From NCBI GenBank assembly GCA_041662665.1, contig JBAZSC010000001.1:513511-577510 (forward strand): DNA of 64,000 nt, read 5' to 3'. The position numbers and the translations under genes were made by a program. This document shows positions 33,914-44,337 of this stretch, piece after piece (the first letter of the stretch is position 1; each line of letters begins with the position of its first letter). The notes beneath the pieces were generated by a model. It worked only from the letters and a program-made list of their open reading frames with translations, ran no database searches and was not told the DNA's origin. Source of the DNA: Patescibacteria group bacterium. Its GTDB lineage: Bacteria > Patescibacteriota > JABMPQ01 > JAQVVF01.

Positions 33914-34855
33914 TTAAGAGCTGCGTAATGCCTTTTTAAAATAAGGTATAGTTTTTTTAAGTCCAGAAGTTAAATTAATCGTTGGTTCCCAATCTAAAAC
34001 TTTTTTAGCCAAAGAAATATCAGGTTTTCTTTGCTTTGGGTCATTGATTGGCAAAGGCTCATAAATAAGTTTACTTTTTGATTTTGTCAGTTTTATCACA
34101 AGATTTGCCAATTCAAGCATTGTAAATTCTCCAGGATTGCCAAGATTTATTGGACCAGTAATTTTATCATCAGTTTCCATCATTTCATAAAGTCCATTTA
34201 CTAAATCATCTACATAACAAAATGATCTTGTTTGCTTTCCTTTGCCATAAATAGTTATTGGTTTATTTTGCAAAGCTTGAATAAGAAAATTTGAAACAAC
34301 TCTGCCGTCATTCATAGCTAATCTCGGACCATAAGTATTAAAAATTCTAACAATCTTTATTTTCACTTTATTTTGTCGCCAGTAATCCATAAATAATGTT
34401 TCAGCACATCGTTTTGCTTCATCGTAGCAAGATCTAGGACCGATTGGATTAACATTGCCCCAATAGCTTTCTTTTTGCGGATGGACTTTTGGATCGCCGT
34501 AGACTTCTGAAGTTGAAGTTAACAAAATTTTAATCTTTAACCTTTTTGCTAAACCAAGCATTTGGATCGCACCTAAAACATTTGTTTTAGTTGTCTGAAT
34601 TGGATCCTTTTGATAATGAATCGGTGCTGCAGGCGAGGCAAGATGGTAAATCTGATCAACTTCAATATATAACGGCCAAGTAACATCATGTCTAATGACT
34701 TCAAAATAAGGATTTTTTAACAAATGAATAATATTTTGTTTTTGGCCAGTAAAAAAATTATCAACACATATAACCTCGTTGTCTTTTTTTAACAAGTATT
34801 CACATAAATGTGAACCTATAAACCCCGCACCTCCAGTAACTAAAATTCGTTTCAT
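33914..34855 (-). CDS. UDP-glucuronate decarboxylase (UDP-xylose synthase)-like
   Basis: [18 protein letters not shown]...[15 protein letters not shown] (the NFFTG motif typical of UXS); 313 aa. Fits with Ugd upstream. Confidence 0.7.
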   Translation of the reverse strand: MKRILVTGGAGFIGSHLCEYLLKKDNEVICVDNFFTGQKQNIIHLLKNPYFEVIRHDVTWPLYIEVDQIYHLASPAAPIHYQKDPIQTTKTNVLGAIQMLGLAKRLKIKILLTSTSEVYGDPKVHPQKESYWGNVNPIGPRSCYDEAKRCAETLFMDYWRQNKVKIKIVRIFNTYGPRLAMNDGRVVSNFLIQALQNKPITIYGKGKQTRSFCYVDDLVNGLYEMMETDDKITGPINLGNPGEFTMLELANLVIKLTKSKSKLIYEPLPINDPKQRKPDISLAKKVLDWEPTINLTSGLKKTIPYFKKALRSS

Positions 34856-34913
34856 AAAATTTAATTCTAGTTCTCAATTATTAATTCATAGTATATAATA
34901 CTTTCATAACATT

Positions 34914-36230
34914 ATGTCATCATTTTTATATAAAATCAAACAAAATTTAATCGCAAGCTTATTTTTAAAAAATACTGTAATTTTATTTTCAGGAACAATA
35001 ATTGCCAGTGTCTTAAATTATCTTTTTAATTTAATTATTGGTCGCGTATTAACAGTTGATGAATATGGCCAATTAGTCTCTCTCGAAAGTATATTCTTAA
35101 TCGTAACAATGATTGGCGGCGCGATTATTTTAGCAGGAACTAGAAAAGTTGCGGAATATAAAGCTAACAAAAATTTTGCAAAACTTGCTCAATTCAAATC
35201 ATATTTTGAAAAAAAATTCTTGTATTTTGGAATTATTGTTTTCATAATTTTAACGGCATTTTCAGATTTAATTGCTCAATATTTAAAAATTCAAAAAGCC
35301 CCAATTATTATTATGGCTTCATGTCTTATTCTTGCGTATGTGGGTAGTTTTTATATATCTATATTGCAAGGTTTACAAAGATTTAAAGCACTTTCTATTG
35401 TAAATGTTATAGGTACAATTCTTAAGATTATATTGGGCGTTGGATTAGTTTTGCTTGGATTTTCAGTTTCCGGCGCTGTAGTTGGTTATGTTTTTCCTTC
35501 AGTTATTTGTGCAGTGATTATTTATTTGTTATTAAGGGATATAAAACTGAACAAGGCAGATTTTATAAATCTTCAGTCGATAAAAATTAGCACTAAACAA
35601 ATTCAAAGCATTAGCTATTTTTTTATTACATCTCTTTGCTTAACCCTTTTATATAATATTGATTTGATTTTAGTCAAACATTATTTTTCTAATAATGACG
35701 CGGGACTCTATAGCTCTTTAGCAATGCTAGCTAGAATAATTTTTTTCGGAACAGGTATCATTGCATCTGTTCTCTTGCCAATGGCAACTGAAAAATTTGA
35801 ACGCCAAGAAAAACATCAACATTTATTTATTTATGCCTTGTTACTAGTCACAGTTTTGGGAATATTATTAAACATCTTATATTTTATTTTTCCTGAGCAA
35901 ATTATAAAAATGCTATTCGGCGCAAAATACCTACAAAGCAGTAATCTTTTAGGAATAATGAGCGTTGTAATGACTGCATATTCCATTTTAAATCTGATTA
36001 TTACATATTTAATTTCTATTAAAAAATTTATATTTTTACCAATTCTTGCAGCTGGCTCAATTTTGCAAATTATATTTATAATAATTTTTCATGCTTCACT
36101 TTTTCAAGTTATTATGATATGTTTAATTATAAATAGCTTGATCTCGCTTATAAGTTTTATGTTTGTTTATTTTCCTAAAGAAAAGAATAAAAATTATGCC
36201 GAACATCTCAATAGTAGTGCCGGTTTATAA
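34914..36230 (+). CDS. Polysaccharide biosynthesis protein / Wzx-like oligosaccharide flippase (MOP superfamily)
   Basis: About 12-14 TM helices; in a glycan cluster. Confidence 0.5.
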   Translation: MSSFLYKIKQNLIASLFLKNTVILFSGTIIASVLNYLFNLIIGRVLTVDEYGQLVSLESIFLIVTMIGGAIILAGTRKVAEYKANKNFAKLAQFKSYFEKKFLYFGIIVFIILTAFSDLIAQYLKIQKAPIIIMASCLILAYVGSFYISILQGLQRFKALSIVNVIGTILKIILGVGLVLLGFSVSGAVVGYVFPSVICAVIIYLLLRDIKLNKADFINLQSIKISTKQIQSISYFFITSLCLTLLYNIDLILVKHYFSNNDAGLYSSLAMLARIIFFGTGIIASVLLPMATEKFERQEKHQHLFIYALLLVTVLGILLNILYFIFPEQIIKMLFGAKYLQSSNLLGIMSVVMTAYSILNLIITYLISIKKFIFLPILAAGSILQIIFIIIFHASLFQVIMICLIINSLISLISFMFVYFPKEKNKNYAEHLNSSAGL

Positions 36231-37125
36231 CGAATCAAAAAATTTAGATTTTTTTTGCAGAGAGATCAATTCAGTTTTGAATAAAATACCAAATTTGACT
36301 TATGAAATAATTTTTGTCAACGATGGGAGCAAAGATAACAGTCGAAACGTTCTTAAAAATTTAGCGAATCAAAATAACAAAATTAAATATCTTGATTTTA
36401 CAAAAAACTTCGGCAAAGAAATTGCAACAACGGCGGGCTTGAATTTTTGCCAAGGCGAAGCAGCAATTACGATTGATGCCGACTTGCAACATCCACTTTA
36501 TTTAATTCCAAAATTTATAAAGTATTGGCAGAAAGGGCATAAAGTCGTTATCGGTGTCAGAAATAAAAGCAAAAGTGATAAGACTACCAAAAAAATTGGT
36601 TCCTGGATGTTCTATAAAATAATAAATAATATTTCTGAAACAAAAATGGTTCAAGGATCAACAGATTATCGGCTTTTGGATCGCCAAGTTATTGATGAAT
36701 TTAATAAACTTAAAGAAAAAAATAGAATAACACGTGGTCTAATCGATTGGCTCGGTTTTGATAAGAAATATATATATTTTGATGCACAAGACAGAAAAGA
36801 AGGAAAACCAGGTTACAGTTTTTTAAAATTAGTTAGGCTCGCTTTTTCTTCTTTTGTATCAATGAGCCTTTTTCCTTTAAAACTTGCTGGCTACTTAGGA
36901 ATATTTATTATGATTGGTTCAGGAATTTTCGGAATTTATATGTTTTTCACAAACTATATTTTAGGGATGAAAAATTTTTCAGGGCCAGCAATTTTAGCAA
37001 TTATAAATTTATTTTTAATTGGCATTGTTCTAAGTTGCTTAGGCTTAATTGCCTTGTATATCGCTAACATCAATTTTCAGGTTATTAATCGGCCATTATA
37101 CATTATAAATAGTAAAAAGTTATAA
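36196..37125 (+). CDS. GT2 polyprenyl-phosphate sugar transferase (GtrB/ArnC/DPM1-like)
   Basis: ISIVVPVYNESKNL...DADLQHP; two C-terminal TM helices. Confidence 0.75.
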   Translation: MPNISIVVPVYNESKNLDFFCREINSVLNKIPNLTYEIIFVNDGSKDNSRNVLKNLANQNNKIKYLDFTKNFGKEIATTAGLNFCQGEAAITIDADLQHPLYLIPKFIKYWQKGHKVVIGVRNKSKSDKTTKKIGSWMFYKIINNISETKMVQGSTDYRLLDRQVIDEFNKLKEKNRITRGLIDWLGFDKKYIYFDAQDRKEGKPGYSFLKLVRLAFSSFVSMSLFPLKLAGYLGIFIMIGSGIFGIYMFFTNYILGMKNFSGPAILAIINLFLIGIVLSCLGLIALYIANINFQVINRPLYIINSKKL

Positions 37126-37181
37126 AGTTTTAAAGTCCATAAAGTACTTTATAACTTTTTATTTTATAACTTTATAACTGT

Positions 37182-38156
37182 TTGAAATACACGTTTGTCA
37201 TTCCAGTCAAGGAAATTAATGATTATATAAGAGAAACCATTCCCAATATTTTAGAAATTAAGCGAGATGATTTTGAAATAATTATTTATCCAAACGAAAT
37301 TAATTCAGAACATTGGCCAAAAACAAAGCAAATTTCTACAGGTCCAGGCGGACCAGCAATGAAAAGAAATCTAGCAATCAGAGATGCAAAAGGTGAAATA
37401 TTGATTTTCGTTGACGATGATGCTTTTCCTAAAAATAATTTGTTGGAAATCCTTGATCAAGATTTTAACGATAAAAATATTATTGCTGTTGGCGGTCCAG
37501 CTTTAACACCTAAAGAAGACAATTTTTGGCAAAAGGTTTCGGGTGCAGTTTTTTTAAGTAATTTTTCTGGCGGTTTTCCAGAACGTTATGTTCAAGTTGG
37601 CCAAAAAAGATTTATCAATGATTGGCCAAGTGTCAATTTATCAATCAGAAAAAACAATTTTCAAAAAGTCAAAGGTTTCAATTCGGAATATTGGCCAGGT
37701 GAAGATACTAAGTTATGTATTGACCTATTAAAAGAAAATAAAGGCAAAATAATTTACGATCCAGAATTAATTGTTTATCATCATCGCCGTCAAGGTTTGT
37801 TAGAGCACTTAAAACAAGTTGGCAATTATGGAATTCATCGCGGTTTTTTCGCCAAGAAATATCCAGAGACTTCTTTAAAATTAAAGTACTTTGTTCCAAG
37901 CTTCTTTTTATTATTTATTATTTTGGGAGCTATATCTAGTATCTTTTCAAGCATAATCCTTCGTCTCTACATTTTAGGCTGGATAATTTATGCGCTTTCT
38001 TATATCAAGATTTTCTTCGACATTCACAAATACGAAAAGAATATCCTAATAATTTTTAATACTTTTTACTACATTTTTTTAACACACATCTGGTATGGAA
38101 CAAGATTTTTACAAGGATTTATTTTTACTAAAAATTTAAAAAGCAAATACCGATGA
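37182..38156 (+). CDS. Glycosyltransferase family 2 with C-terminal membrane segment
   Basis: FVIPVKE...; DDDAFP motif; C-terminal TM helices. Confidence 0.55.
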   Translation: MKYTFVIPVKEINDYIRETIPNILEIKRDDFEIIIYPNEINSEHWPKTKQISTGPGGPAMKRNLAIRDAKGEILIFVDDDAFPKNNLLEILDQDFNDKNIIAVGGPALTPKEDNFWQKVSGAVFLSNFSGGFPERYVQVGQKRFINDWPSVNLSIRKNNFQKVKGFNSEYWPGEDTKLCIDLLKENKGKIIYDPELIVYHHRRQGLLEHLKQVGNYGIHRGFFAKKYPETSLKLKYFVPSFFLLFIILGAISSIFSSIILRLYILGWIIYALSYIKIFFDIHKYEKNILIIFNTFYYIFLTHIWYGTRFLQGFIFTKNLKSKYR

Positions 38157-39607
38157 AAATATCAATTTCGTATCCGCCAATGCAATCAAAAAAAGGCACG
38201 CCTTTATTATCACAAAATCGTCAATTCCAATGGTTTAATTCGCCAACCTATATTTTTCCAGTTATTCCAGCTTATGCTGCAACTTTATTATCAAAAAATG
38301 GTTATCAAGTTTTTTGGCATGATGGCATTGCCAAAGAGCAGACCTATCAAGAATGGCTTGCCGATATTATTAACACAAAGCCAGATATTCTAGTTATTGA
38401 ATCAAAAACCCCAGTCATAAAAAAGCATTGGAAAATTATTGATGAATTAAAGGCAAAAAACAAAGAATTAAAAATTGTTCTAATGGGTGATCATGTGACA
38501 GCAATGCCAGAAGAATCATTGAAAAATTCAAAAGCTGATTATATTTTAACAGGCGGAGATTTTGATTTTCTTTTGCTCAATCTAGCAAATCATTTAAGCA
38601 AAGGCGAAAAACTTGAGGGTGGAATTTGGTTTAGAGAAAATGGAGCATTGAAAAATTCAGGTCCAATTGATTTATTAAAACATGATTTAAATTCCTTGCC
38701 AATGGTTGATAGAGAATTAGTTAATTGGCAATTATATGCCTACAAAAATGGCAATTTTAAACATACTCCAGGCACATACATGATGTCAGGACGTGATTGT
38801 TGGTGGGGAAGATGTTCATTTTGTTCTTGGACAACATTATTCCCAGGCCAGCATTTCCGTACTCGATCTGCAAAACAAGCTTTGGATGAAATAGGTCATT
38901 TGATCGATTTAGGTGTTAAAGAAATAATGGAAGATTCAGGTAGTTTACCAATAGGAGATTGGCTACTAGAATTTTGTAATGGCATGATTGAAAGAGGTTA
39001 CAACAAAAAAGTTACCATGAGTTGCAATATGAGGATTAGCGGCATCAAGGATCCAAAAATTTGGCAATTAATGAAGCAAGCTGGTTTTCGTTTTGTATTA
39101 TTTGGTCTAGAATCAGCAAACCAAAAAACACTAGATAAAATTAATAAAAATCTTAAAGTTGAAGAAATTGAATATGGTTTAAAAATTTGTAAAGAAGCAG
39201 GCTTAGAACCGCATATCACTGCAATGATTGGTTATCCTTGGGAAACAAAAGAAGATGCTCAAAGAACTGTTTGTCTTGCCAAAGATTTATTTAAAAAAGG
39301 TTATGTTGATACTTTGCAGGCAACTGTTTTAATTCCTTATCCAGGTACACCATTATATAAGTATTGCTTAGAAAATAATTTATTGAATTTTACAGATTAT
39401 GATCGTTTTGATCAACGAGAACAAGTAATGAAGAGTGTTTTAACTACAGAAGATGTTAAAGAGTTGACTTCAGGATTATATAAAGCTTTTATGACGCCAA
39501 AATTTATCTTGAAAAAAATCAGCCAGACTAGAAATATGAATGATCTTAAATTTTTGTGGAAAGCAGGAACAAAAGTTTTAGGACATCTAATGGATTTTAA
39601 AAGCTAA
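38153..39607 (+). CDS. B12-binding-domain radical SAM protein
   Basis: N-terminal cobalamin-binding-like Rossmann segment and a Cys cluster CWWGRCSFC (Cx4Cx2C). Confidence 0.55.
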   Translation: MKISISYPPMQSKKGTPLLSQNRQFQWFNSPTYIFPVIPAYAATLLSKNGYQVFWHDGIAKEQTYQEWLADIINTKPDILVIESKTPVIKKHWKIIDELKAKNKELKIVLMGDHVTAMPEESLKNSKADYILTGGDFDFLLLNLANHLSKGEKLEGGIWFRENGALKNSGPIDLLKHDLNSLPMVDRELVNWQLYAYKNGNFKHTPGTYMMSGRDCWWGRCSFCSWTTLFPGQHFRTRSAKQALDEIGHLIDLGVKEIMEDSGSLPIGDWLLEFCNGMIERGYNKKVTMSCNMRISGIKDPKIWQLMKQAGFRFVLFGLESANQKTLDKINKNLKVEEIEYGLKICKEAGLEPHITAMIGYPWETKEDAQRTVCLAKDLFKKGYVDTLQATVLIPYPGTPLYKYCLENNLLNFTDYDRFDQREQVMKSVLTTEDVKELTSGLYKAFMTPKFILKKISQTRNMNDLKFLWKAGTKVLGHLMDFKS

Positions 39608-39622
39608 TTTTACTGACTATCC

Positions 39623-40495
39623 ATGACAATCCCTTTAATATCAGTAATTATAACGACAAAAAATGAAGAAGATAATATTAGATATTGCCTAAAATCAATA
39701 AAACAGCAAACATATCCGAAAGAATTTATTGAAATGATTGTTATAGATAATAATTCTACGGATAAGACAAAAGAAATTGCCAAGCAATATACAAAGCTAG
39801 TTTTCAATTTTGGTCCAGAAAGATCGGCTCAAAGAAATTATGGAATTAATAAATGTCATGGAGAATATTTTTTACAACTCGATGCTGATCAATCACTAGA
39901 CAAAAACGTAATTGAAGAATGTGTAAAAAAAATTGTCAATTTCAAAGATAATGATAAGTCAAACAATTATTTCGCAGATATCGCTTTACAGGTACCAGAA
40001 AATATTGTCGGAAGTAAAAATTACTTTAATAGAATAAGAAATTATGAAAAAGTATTTTATACAAATTCAGTAATCGATTGTGTAAGATTTATTCCGACAA
40101 AAATAATAAAAGATATTGGAGGATATGATTGTTCTCTTAACGGACCAGAAGATTGGGATTTGGATCAGCGCATTAGGGAAAAATGTTACATTGATATTAT
40201 TGATAGCCATATGGATCATAATGAAGGGAATGTAACTTTTTTAAAATTCTTGGAAAAAAAATGGTACTATTCAAAATCCTTCGGAAAATATATAAGTAAA
40301 TGGGGAAAAAATAATAGATATGTTAAACTAAGGCTTGGTTTTTTTTACAGATACATAGGAGTTTTTGTAGAGAATAAAAAATACAAAAATGTCTTAATTC
40401 ACCCAATGTTATTCGCAAGCCTGATTGGCACTAAATTAATACTAGGCGGAGTATTTCTTGGCCGAACATTCGCTGATAAATTCAAAACAAGATGA
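39623..40495 (+). CDS. Glycosyltransferase family 2
   Basis: LISVIITTKNEEDNIRYCLKSI...; DADQ and EDWD motifs. Paralog of 43474..44337. Confidence 0.75.
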   Translation: MTIPLISVIITTKNEEDNIRYCLKSIKQQTYPKEFIEMIVIDNNSTDKTKEIAKQYTKLVFNFGPERSAQRNYGINKCHGEYFLQLDADQSLDKNVIEECVKKIVNFKDNDKSNNYFADIALQVPENIVGSKNYFNRIRNYEKVFYTNSVIDCVRFIPTKIIKDIGGYDCSLNGPEDWDLDQRIREKCYIDIIDSHMDHNEGNVTFLKFLEKKWYYSKSFGKYISKWGKNNRYVKLRLGFFYRYIGVFVENKKYKNVLIHPMLFASLIGTKLILGGVFLGRTFADKFKTR

Positions 40496-41355
40496 ACAAA
40501 ATTTTTTTGACAGGCTCAACAGGTTTTATAGGCAAAAAATTATTAGATAAAATTTCTAAAAACAAAGATAACTATATTATTTGTTTAATCAGAAATGAGA
40601 ATAAAGCAAAGAAAAAGCTATCAAATATCAAATATATAGAAGGCGATTTAAATCCTAGCAAATACTTCAGTCTTTTATCAAATTGTAATTATATAATTCA
40701 CTTAGCAGCTGAACTAGATTCCAAAAATGAAGACATTTTCAGAGTTAACGTTGATTTTACCGAAGCTTTAATAAGTGCTTGTAATAAAAATATTAAAAAG
40801 TTTATTTTTTTTAGTTCTATTACTGCGAAACGGAATGATACGGTTGCATACTCTGAATCAAAGAAAAGAGCCGAAGAAAAAATAAAAAAATATAATAAGC
40901 CTTATCTAATTATTCGTCCTGCCTGGGTCTTGGGAAAAGATTCGCGAAGTACAAAAAAATTTATCAGCTATCTCAAAAAATTTCCAATTCTACCAATAAT
41001 AGGAAACGGAAAAACTTTACTGCAACCTATATATATTGACGATTTAATAGAAATTACAAACACTCTCAGCTTCAATAATTTTGAAACCAACAAAAGTATA
41101 GAAATTGCTGGAAAATATCCAGTTGCTTATGAAGAATTTATTAATTATTTTCTTAAGAGAATGGCAATAAATAAAAGTAAAATTCATTTACCAATATCTA
41201 TTTGCAAACAAATCGCAAAACATTCGAATCTTCTTTCTCTGGATGCAGTCAGCGATTTTGCAAATAATACCATCGCTGATATCTCTTATCTTAAAAAAGC
41301 ATATAATTTTACTCCTTTAGACTATAAAGAAATTATCAATAAAATAGTAGAATAA
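40492..41355 (+). CDS. NAD-dependent epimerase/dehydratase family protein
   Basis: IFLTGSTGFIGKKLL; SxnYxxxK-like region. Confidence 0.55.
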   Translation: MNKIFLTGSTGFIGKKLLDKISKNKDNYIICLIRNENKAKKKLSNIKYIEGDLNPSKYFSLLSNCNYIIHLAAELDSKNEDIFRVNVDFTEALISACNKNIKKFIFFSSITAKRNDTVAYSESKKRAEEKIKKYNKPYLIIRPAWVLGKDSRSTKKFISYLKKFPILPIIGNGKTLLQPIYIDDLIEITNTLSFNNFETNKSIEIAGKYPVAYEEFINYFLKRMAINKSKIHLPISICKQIAKHSNLLSLDAVSDFANNTIADISYLKKAYNFTPLDYKEIINKIVE

Positions 41356-41360
41356 TCTTA

Positions 41361-42368
41361 ATGAAAAAATTAAATATTTCAATAATCGGAACAGGTGCAA
41401 TTGCAGAAAGTGCTCACTTGCCAAGTCTATTAAGTATTCCCCAAACGAATATCGTTAGTATTTGCGATTTAAAAAAAGATAAATTAGAAAAAATCGGACA
41501 TCAGTTTAATATTAGCAAAAAAGAAACTGATTACCACAGAGTACTCAACGATCCATCAGTTGAAGCTGTAATTGTTTCCACAAATGCACCAATGCATGAA
41601 AAAATCGTTTTAGATAGCCTAAAATCAGGAAAACATGTTTTTGTCGAGAAGCCGATTACAACTTCAATTGAAGCAGCAGAAAAAATTTTAAAACTACAGA
41701 ATGAGACAAATCTTTCCATTATGGTTGGCTATCAACTTCGTTTTATGCCGAACCATATTAAAGTGCGTGAATATCTAAAACAAGATATAGTGGGAAAAAT
41801 TTATCTTGGACACATTAGATCTGAAACATTAGTAATAAAACCAGAAGAAACATTATTAATAGATTATGGAACGCATTTTTTTGATTTAATAAGATGGTAT
41901 TTTGAAGGAAAGAAAATAGAATCAGTATCTGGCACAGTTATTTACGATAATGAAATTCAAGTAGGTGCAACTACCACTATTGTATTTGAAGATAATATAC
42001 AGACAATAGTTGAAATCTATTGGGTGCCAAAATGGAATTGGAGTAATGTTAATCGGACAGCTGAATTTATAGGTGAAAAGGGAAAAATATCTACACAAAT
42101 GAGCATACCTGCTATAAAACTGTGGAGATGTGATTCATTCAGAGATAAAATATTAGGTGAAAAAAACTTTACTCCTAAAGAGGTTTCTAATGTGTACATG
42201 TCAGCAGGAGATATCGCTTATAGAAAACAACTTGAAGTATTTGTTGATTGCATCTTGAATAATAAACCTGTACCGACGAATGCTTATGACGGTCTTATTG
42301 CTCTGAAAATTGCTCAGGCCTCTTTGCAATCACATCAAGAAAAAAAAGTAATAACAAATATTGAATGA
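41361..42368 (+). CDS. Gfo/Idh/MocA-family oxidoreductase
   Basis: ISIIGTGAIAESAHLPSL... N-terminal Rossmann fold; EKP motif. Confidence 0.7.
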   Translation: MKKLNISIIGTGAIAESAHLPSLLSIPQTNIVSICDLKKDKLEKIGHQFNISKKETDYHRVLNDPSVEAVIVSTNAPMHEKIVLDSLKSGKHVFVEKPITTSIEAAEKILKLQNETNLSIMVGYQLRFMPNHIKVREYLKQDIVGKIYLGHIRSETLVIKPEETLLIDYGTHFFDLIRWYFEGKKIESVSGTVIYDNEIQVGATTTIVFEDNIQTIVEIYWVPKWNWSNVNRTAEFIGEKGKISTQMSIPAIKLWRCDSFRDKILGEKNFTPKEVSNVYMSAGDIAYRKQLEVFVDCILNNKPVPTNAYDGLIALKIAQASLQSHQEKKVITNIE

Positions 42369-43447
42369 AAAATCAGGTTTCAATAATTGACGGTAAAATA
42401 GATTTTGGAAGAATTATTCCAAAATATTTTGATTCAACTAAAATCAAAGATTCAACAATATTAATCAAAATTGATACGTACTCTGGATTAAAATCACAAC
42501 AATCAGGAACTACAACAAATATCAAATTAGTTGAAAGTTTGATTCAATCACTTAATGTCTTTAGCCCCAAAAAAATATTAATTGCGGATTCCGAAAATAA
42601 AGATGATCTGAACTTAATTTTTGATACAATCGGTTATTCAGAATTAACTTTAAAATATCAAAATGTTGAATTGCTAAATCTAAGTCATGGCAGAACAGTT
42701 AGTTATATCGGAGAAAAAGATTATAAAATTCGTAATCAAGAATTTTCTGAAAAACTAAATTTTATTGATTTTTTCATAATTTTCTCAAATCTAAAAAGTC
42801 ATGTTGCAGAAAAAATTTCTGGATGTTGGCTTAGCCAATTAAATTATCTAGCAAATAATGAACAAAAAATTGTTTTACAGCCTTTCTCATTTTATATCGC
42901 TTATGATTTGTACAGATTTTTTAAGCCAAGTCTTTGTATTCTAGATGCTACGACTATTCTAGGTACTATGGGTCCTGTTGAAGGTCAGCCAAGAAAAATG
43001 AACAAGATCATAATTGGCAATAATCCTTGTCTTACTGACATTTGCGCTGCTAGATTATTAAAATTAGACTATAAAACTATTCCAACACTAAAATATGCAG
43101 TTAAAAAGCTAAAACTCAAGAAAATAGTTGAAAAGATCACTGGTCAAATTCAGCCAATAAATATTGATTTTCAGAAACTCTCAAGTTTACATTTTTTCAT
43201 TTTTAAATTTTCTTATTTTATTAATCGTTTATCAATTTATCTAAATAATTTCGCTTATCTAATTTTTTTAGGAGGAATGGCGCTAATTTCTATTGGTGGA
43301 AAAGATCTTGTCACGGGCAGATGGATGTCAATAAATAATTATTTTAAAATCGCAAAAGAAGTAATTACAAAAATTAATAAAGCTGATAACCTATTGAATT
43401 TAAAAATAACAATTAATAATCACGTTAAAGAACAAAGTATTTCATAG
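42365..43447 (+). CDS. Hypothetical protein (possibly DUF362-like)
   Basis: ORF with translational coupling to its neighbours. Family assignment is uncertain. Confidence 0.35.
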   Translation: MKNQVSIIDGKIDFGRIIPKYFDSTKIKDSTILIKIDTYSGLKSQQSGTTTNIKLVESLIQSLNVFSPKKILIADSENKDDLNLIFDTIGYSELTLKYQNVELLNLSHGRTVSYIGEKDYKIRNQEFSEKLNFIDFFIIFSNLKSHVAEKISGCWLSQLNYLANNEQKIVLQPFSFYIAYDLYRFFKPSLCILDATTILGTMGPVEGQPRKMNKIIIGNNPCLTDICAARLLKLDYKTIPTLKYAVKKLKLKKIVEKITGQIQPINIDFQKLSSLHFFIFKFSYFINRLSIYLNNFAYLIFLGGMALISIGGKDLVTGRWMSINNYFKIAKEVITKINKADNLLNLKITINNHVKEQSIS

Positions 43448-43473
43448 CTATTTTATTTACTGAAAAAGTTAAA

Positions 43474-44337
43474 ATGTCTGAATTAAATATTCCATTGGTT
43501 TCAATAATTATTGCAACCAAGAATGAGGAAAAAAATATTAAAAATTGCTTAAGATCTATCAAAAAACAAACTCTATCAAAAAATAAAATAGAGATTATTG
43601 TTGTTGACAATAATTCAATTGATAAAACGAAAAAAATAGCCAAACAATTTACCAATATTGTTCTAAATTATGGTCCTGAAAGATCAGCACAAAGAAATTT
43701 TGGCGTTTTACATGCTAAGGCAAACTGGATTCTATATCTCGATGCTGATATGATTTTATCAAATCACGTTTTAGACGAATGCTTAACAATGGTTCGAAGA
43801 AATAAAAAGCTCATTGGATTATATATTCCTGAAATTATTATAGGTAAAAGTTTTTTAAGTAAAATAAGGCAATTTGAAAGAAGTTTTTATAATGCAACTG
43901 CCATAGATGCTGTTCGTTTTATAAAAAAAGATATTTTTCTAAGCGTAAAAGGTTTTGACGAATCGTTAAATAGTGCTGAAGACTGGGATCTTGATAAGAG
44001 GTTGAAAGAACATGGAACTGTCGGAATAATTGACAATCCTCTTTTTCACAACGAAAAAGAGCTATCTTTAAGTAGATATTTATCAAAAAAGGTTTATTAC
44101 ACTAAAAGTTTTGAAAAATACATATCTAAATGGGGCTCTAGTGACAAAGATATCAGAAAACAACTCGGTTTTTATTATCGGTTTTTAGGCGTTCATTTTG
44201 AAAATAGTAAATGGAAAAAAGTTATTTCACATCCAATCCTTAGTTTAGGCGTATATTATTTACATTTTAGAAAAGGATTGATTTATCTATCTCAAAAAAA
44301 TCAATGGAAAAAGAATCCTTCAAAAATAAAGAATTAA
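43474..44337 (+). CDS. Glycosyltransferase family 2 (paralog of 39623..40495)
   Basis: LVSIIIATKNEEKNIKNCLRSI...DADM...EDWD. Confidence 0.75.
   Translation: MSELNIPLVSIIIATKNEEKNIKNCLRSIKKQTLSKNKIEIIVVDNNSIDKTKKIAKQFTNIVLNYGPERSAQRNFGVLHAKANWILYLDADMILSNHVLDECLTMVRRNKKLIGLYIPEIIIGKSFLSKIRQFERSFYNATAIDAVRFIKKDIFLSVKGFDESLNSAEDWDLDKRLKEHGTVGIIDNPLFHNEKELSLSRYLSKKVYYTKSFEKYISKWGSSDKDIRKQLGFYYRFLGVHFENSKWKKVISHPILSLGVYYLHFRKGLIYLSQKNQWKKNPSKIKN

Noticed and set aside
39610-39807. Short minus-strand ORFs at 39610..39807 and 43425..43655 with similar peptide sequences.
   Set aside because: Both are simply antisense to the N-termini of the two paralogous GT2 genes (39623.. and 43474..). The similarity reflects the paralogy of the sense genes.
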